From a virus (lineage: Duplodnaviria > Caudoviricetes): a stretch of 30,169 bases of DNA. Position numbers and translations under genes: made by a program. The stretch spans positions 1-30,169 of the IMG/VR virus record IMGVR_UViG_3300005512_000225; one strand, 5' to 3'. Under the pieces are notes generated by a model, which had not been told where the DNA came from, did not search any database, and saw nothing but the letters and a program-made list of their open reading frames with translations. Shown here in pieces: positions 27,767-30,169 of this stretch (positions are counted from its first letter, which is position 1; every line of letters starts with the position of its first letter).

Positions 27767-28174
27767 TTAGATTGCAGTAAGAACCATAATTGATTCTGTT
27801 GAGTCGTTTTGGATAGTCCAAGTATAACGATTGTTATTAAAATCTCTACAAGTTCTGTTGTAAAGTTTTTTAATACGTACCTGGTCTCCGCCACCACCTG
27901 CTAGTGTTCCTGAAATTGACATTTCATTAGCCGCTAATTGGGCTGTTTGTTTGTCAACTAGAGTACACACATCCACGTTACCCTGTACACCAGTGTCTCC
28001 GATGTCTGTGTTTGTACCTGTTTTAAGATCATTCACTAAGAATTTGTTGCTTGATCTTTGACTAATAATGTAACCGTCTTCCACTCTGTTGGAACCTGTC
28101 ACATTGGCATTCACTGTGAAATTAGTACCGTCGTCTAGTAAGCCGAAGTACCTTTTGTTTACTGGTCTTCCCAT
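27767..28174 (-). CDS. Hypothetical protein (135 aa, MGRPVNKRYFG), possible head-associated protein
   Basis: Strong AAGGAG SD with its own promoter, structured leader and terminator, near gp23. Function is inferred from position only. Confidence 0.7.
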   Translation of the reverse strand: MGRPVNKRYFGLLDDGTNFTVNANVTGSNRVEDGYIISQRSSNKFLVNDLKTGTNTDIGDTGVQGNVDVCTLVDKQTAQLAANEMSISGTLAGGGGDQVRIKKLYNRTCRDFNNNRYTWTIQNDSTESIMVLTAI

Positions 28175-28189
28175 TTTTTTCTCCTTTTA

Positions 28190-28260
28190 ATCCCGTTCTA
28201 GGGGCTACGCGGTGGGTCATTCCGCATAAGTCCTACCCTTTGTAGGCACGTTTAACGACA
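28190..28260 (-). ncRNA. Candidate structured 5' leader of the 135-aa gene
   Basis: Relatively GC-rich 90-nt gap with hairpins CCTAC/GTAGG (28232-28246) and TATGCGG/CCGCGTA (28206-28228). No family assigned. Confidence 0.5.
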
Positions 28261-28264
28261 AGTG

Positions 28265-28275
28265 TATTTAGTCAA
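28265..28275 (-). promoter_or_regulatory. Late promoter TTGACTAAATA overlapping the stop codon of the 94-aa gene
   Basis: Identical 11-mer to 27714-27724. Confidence 0.7.
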
Positions 28276-28552
28276 TCCTAGTAAAGAGATGCATAAGATG
28301 TACACTACTAAAATCTTTTATTGCACGATTGATTTTATCGCATTGATCTTTGTGCTTTTGTAAAATACTGTCGCGTTTTTGCTGTCGATATTGTAATTCT
28401 ATTTGACTTAATTTATTAACCTCGCCACGCATGCCACTGCAAAACTTAACAACATCAAAACGAAACTCTGGAGCAGTTTTAGCAAGTTCTCTTATTTGCT
28501 GTTCTACATCATGCCAGTCTAGACTAGACTCTATTTCTTTAATATTACTCAT
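28268..28552 (-). CDS. Hypothetical protein (94 aa, probably helical)
   Basis: TATAAATA lies 5 nt upstream of the ATG; no motif recognised. Confidence 0.7.
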   Translation of the reverse strand: MSNIKEIESSLDWHDVEQQIRELAKTAPEFRFDVVKFCSGMRGEVNKLSQIELQYRQQKRDSILQKHKDQCDKINRAIKDFSSVHLMHLFTRID

Positions 28553-28557
28553 AGTAA

Positions 28558-28565
28558 TATTTATA
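28558..28565 (-). promoter_or_regulatory. Canonical T4 late promoter TATAAATA
   Basis: Exact match to the T4 gp55 consensus; 5 nt from the ATG at 28552; no SD. Confidence 0.75.
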
Positions 28566-29000
28566 AATGATAAATAAAAAGACAGAGAGGAGTCTTTTTA
28601 TGAAAGAATGTACTAGTTGTAAAATTGCTAAAGATATTAATTCATTTTATAAAGATGCAAGTCAACCTGACGGCATGACTGCACAATGTAAAGAATGTAG
28701 GAAAGAACGTTCTAGACAAACTCATGCAAAACACAAAGAAAAACGTAACTTCAATAGAAAGTATAACCATACTAAAAAATTATATGGTGTAGATTACGAA
28801 GCATATCAAAATATGTTAGTAGAACAAAAACAAAAATGTGGAATATGTGATGAAGTTATGAAAAAGCCTGTTGTTGATCATTGTCATAAATCAGGCAAAG
28901 CAAGAATGTTACTATGTCAAAGTTGTAATATAATGTTAGGCATGGCAAAAGATAATCAAAACATTTTTAAATCCGCAATCAAATACTTACAGAAATTTTA
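28564..29000 (+). mobile_element. Inferred 437-bp endonuclease insertion
   Basis: Flanked by TTTA (28560-28563 and 28997-29000); removing it regenerates the terminator-TTGACTAAATA module seen at 27707-27735. Confidence 0.55.
28571..28600 (+). promoter_or_regulatory. Late promoter box overlapping a hairpin that occludes the endonuclease ribosome-binding site
   Basis: TAAATA at 28571-28576; 9-bp stem TAAAAAGAC (28575-28583) / GTCTTTTTA (28592-28600) around SD GAGGAG, including the A of the ATG. Confidence 0.7.
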
Positions 29001-29001
29001 G
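28600..29001 (+). CDS. Endonuclease VII-family (His-Me finger) nuclease, probable free-standing homing endonuclease
   Basis: N-terminal CxxC..FYKD..DG...CKEC; C-terminal YG...Y..M...Q...CGIC...VDHCH.SG..R.LLC..CN..LG...DN....AIKYL. Start moved to ATG 28600 (SD GAGGAG). Opposite strand to its neighbours. Confidence 0.88.
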   Translation: MKECTSCKIAKDINSFYKDASQPDGMTAQCKECRKERSRQTHAKHKEKRNFNRKYNHTKKLYGVDYEAYQNMLVEQKQKCGICDEVMKKPVVDHCHKSGKARMLLCQSCNIMLGMAKDNQNIFKSAIKYLQKF

Positions 29002-29006
29002 TCAAT

Positions 29007-29037
29007 AAAAAAGGGCGAACGCAATGTCCGCCCTTTT
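29007..29037 (-). terminator. Rho-independent terminator of gp23, probably bidirectional
   Basis: Minus strand AAAAGGGCGGAC-ATTGC-GTTCGCCCTTTTTT; T-tracts on both strands, between convergent genes. Confidence 0.88.
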
Positions 29038-29059
29038 CGTACTTTTGTACTACTCTCTA

Positions 29060-30169
29060 TTAAGAGAAAGATACGGTTGCAGATGTTACTGCAACTTTAC
29101 CTAAGTAGTCGCCAGCGTTACCAAGTGATGACGCAGTGTTTGTAAGTTCTACATAACCATAACGTGTCATGAAGCCTACAACTGGCTCAAATGTATCAGG
29201 ATCTAGTACTACACCTGAAGACATTAGAGGAATGTATGGGCAGTAGAATGCCGCCGCATCAGCCTCTGATGAACCTTTGTAACCAATTAATACTTGGTTG
29301 TTGTCGTCTGAATCACTCATGTAAGCGTCAACGTATACTCTCATAGCGTTGTTTAAAGTACCTACAAACTTAGTGTTTGTTGGTGCTTCAAATGTACCTT
29401 CTGTAGTTCTTGCGAACGCAGAAGTTGTAGCAGACTGTAGGATTGTCAATGCTTGGTTTGAAACCACTGCAAAGTTACCTGCGCCTCTACGTGTACGCTG
29501 AGCGATCTTGTTAGCAACTCTGTTGATTTGAACTGCTAATGCCGCATGTTCGTCACCAACGAATGTTGCAGTACCGCTTACAGCCGCCTGGTTGTAAGTT
29601 TCTTCAACTGAAGCAAGTGAACGAAGAGATGTTAAGATCTCTTGGTCAATCTCAGCAGTAATCTCTTGTGCAAGAGCCGCCATGATTTCTGCTTCAATGT
29701 CGATACCTTGTTGTGCTTGAGCGTCTTGTGCCGCTTCAAATGTCCAACGAGCAGATAGTTTTCTTGACTTCGCTTCTACTGCTTGCTTTAAGATTTGAAT
29801 TGACAATCTGTTACCAGCACTACCTTCTAAAGCCGCTGTAGAAGCCGCTTTACCGTCAGTACCGTCACCGGAATAAGCCTGACCGATCTTGAATGGTGAT
29901 AATGCTTCATCACCAGCAGTCACGTCGTTTGCTGTTCCTGTAGCGTTCTGAGTGTCTGAGTAACGTACTCTTAGTGTGTGAATTTGTGATACTGGGCCTG
30001 TCATAGGCTGTACACCAACAATCTCGTTTGCAATGACCGTAGGCATCACACGTCTGATTACTGGAAGAATCACTCTGTTTAATGTTGCAACATTTCCTGC
30101 GGAAGTTGCACCAGCAGTTGCCGACTCAGCGAGATAACGTCTAGTGTTCTCGAGAGTGACGTCCATTAC
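29060..30169 (-). CDS. gp23: T4-like major capsid protein (probably 5'-truncated by the window edge)
   Basis: IRRVMP..IANEIVGVQPMTGP, SRKLSARWT.EAAQD, ALAQEITAEIDQEI, GYKGSSE.DA..FYCPYIPL, FEPVVGFMTRYG are gp23 hallmarks; the frame is open to the edge. Confidence 0.96.
   Translation of the reverse strand, partial: VMDVTLENTRRYLAESATAGATSAGNVATLNRVILPVIRRVMPTVIANEIVGVQPMTGPVSQIHTLRVRYSDTQNATGTANDVTAGDEALSPFKIGQAYSGDGTDGKAASTAALEGSAGNRLSIQILKQAVEAKSRKLSARWTFEAAQDAQAQQGIDIEAEIMAALAQEITAEIDQEILTSLRSLASVEETYNQAAVSGTATFVGDEHAALAVQINRVANKIAQRTRRGAGNFAVVSNQALTILQSATTSAFARTTEGTFEAPTNTKFVGTLNNAMRVYVDAYMSDSDDNNQVLIGYKGSSEADAAAFYCPYIPLMSSGVVLDPDTFEPVVGFMTRYGYVELTNTASSLGNAGDYLGKVAVTSATVSFS

Noticed and set aside
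12695-28599. Upstream starts in the ORF track at 12695, 14064, 16017 and 28567
   Set aside because: They overlap neighbouring genes or promoters; downstream ATGs at 12728, 14055, 15981 and 28600 fit SD position or gene packing better.
28267-29006. TTTAGTCAAT direct repeat as target-site duplication of a two-gene insertion
   Set aside because: Better explained as two copies of the recurrent TTGACTAAATA promoter, one split by the endonuclease-only insertion.
1-30169. tRNA, rRNA, CRISPR array, intron, intein or stop-codon recoding
   Set aside because: Intergenic gaps are short and accounted for, no spaced exact repeats were seen, and genes are intact and tightly packed under the standard code.

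Overview
AT-rich fragment of a large T4-like (gp23-type) tailed phage genome, covering a late structural region read mostly on the minus strand. In transcription order (right to left): 5'-truncated major capsid protein, terminator, an opposite-strand Endonuclease VII-family nuclease inserted into a terminator/late-promoter module, small virion-type genes, a 1559-aa structural protein, and two paralogous three-gene cassettes (about 87-aa protein, about 1500-aa multidomain protein, Ig-containing protein with an unrelated C-terminal domain). Between the cassettes lie two small Cys-rich genes (one missing from the ORF track), three 2OG-Fe(II) oxygenases behind a near-consensus sigma70 promoter, a repeat fibre ending in a blue-copper-type motif, and a subtilisin protease. 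A fourth, truncated oxygenase-like gene at the left edge is also missing from the track. TAAATA late-promoter boxes recur in the intergenic gaps. Two late genes have long structured leaders that are candidate cis-regulatory RNAs. The best candidate for an undescribed system is a modular fibre assembly linked by a shared 'P.GTTAERP..G.IRYNT' module (10 copies in 7 genes), with co-located enzymes. All calls come from motif reading only; no database search or folding program was run.
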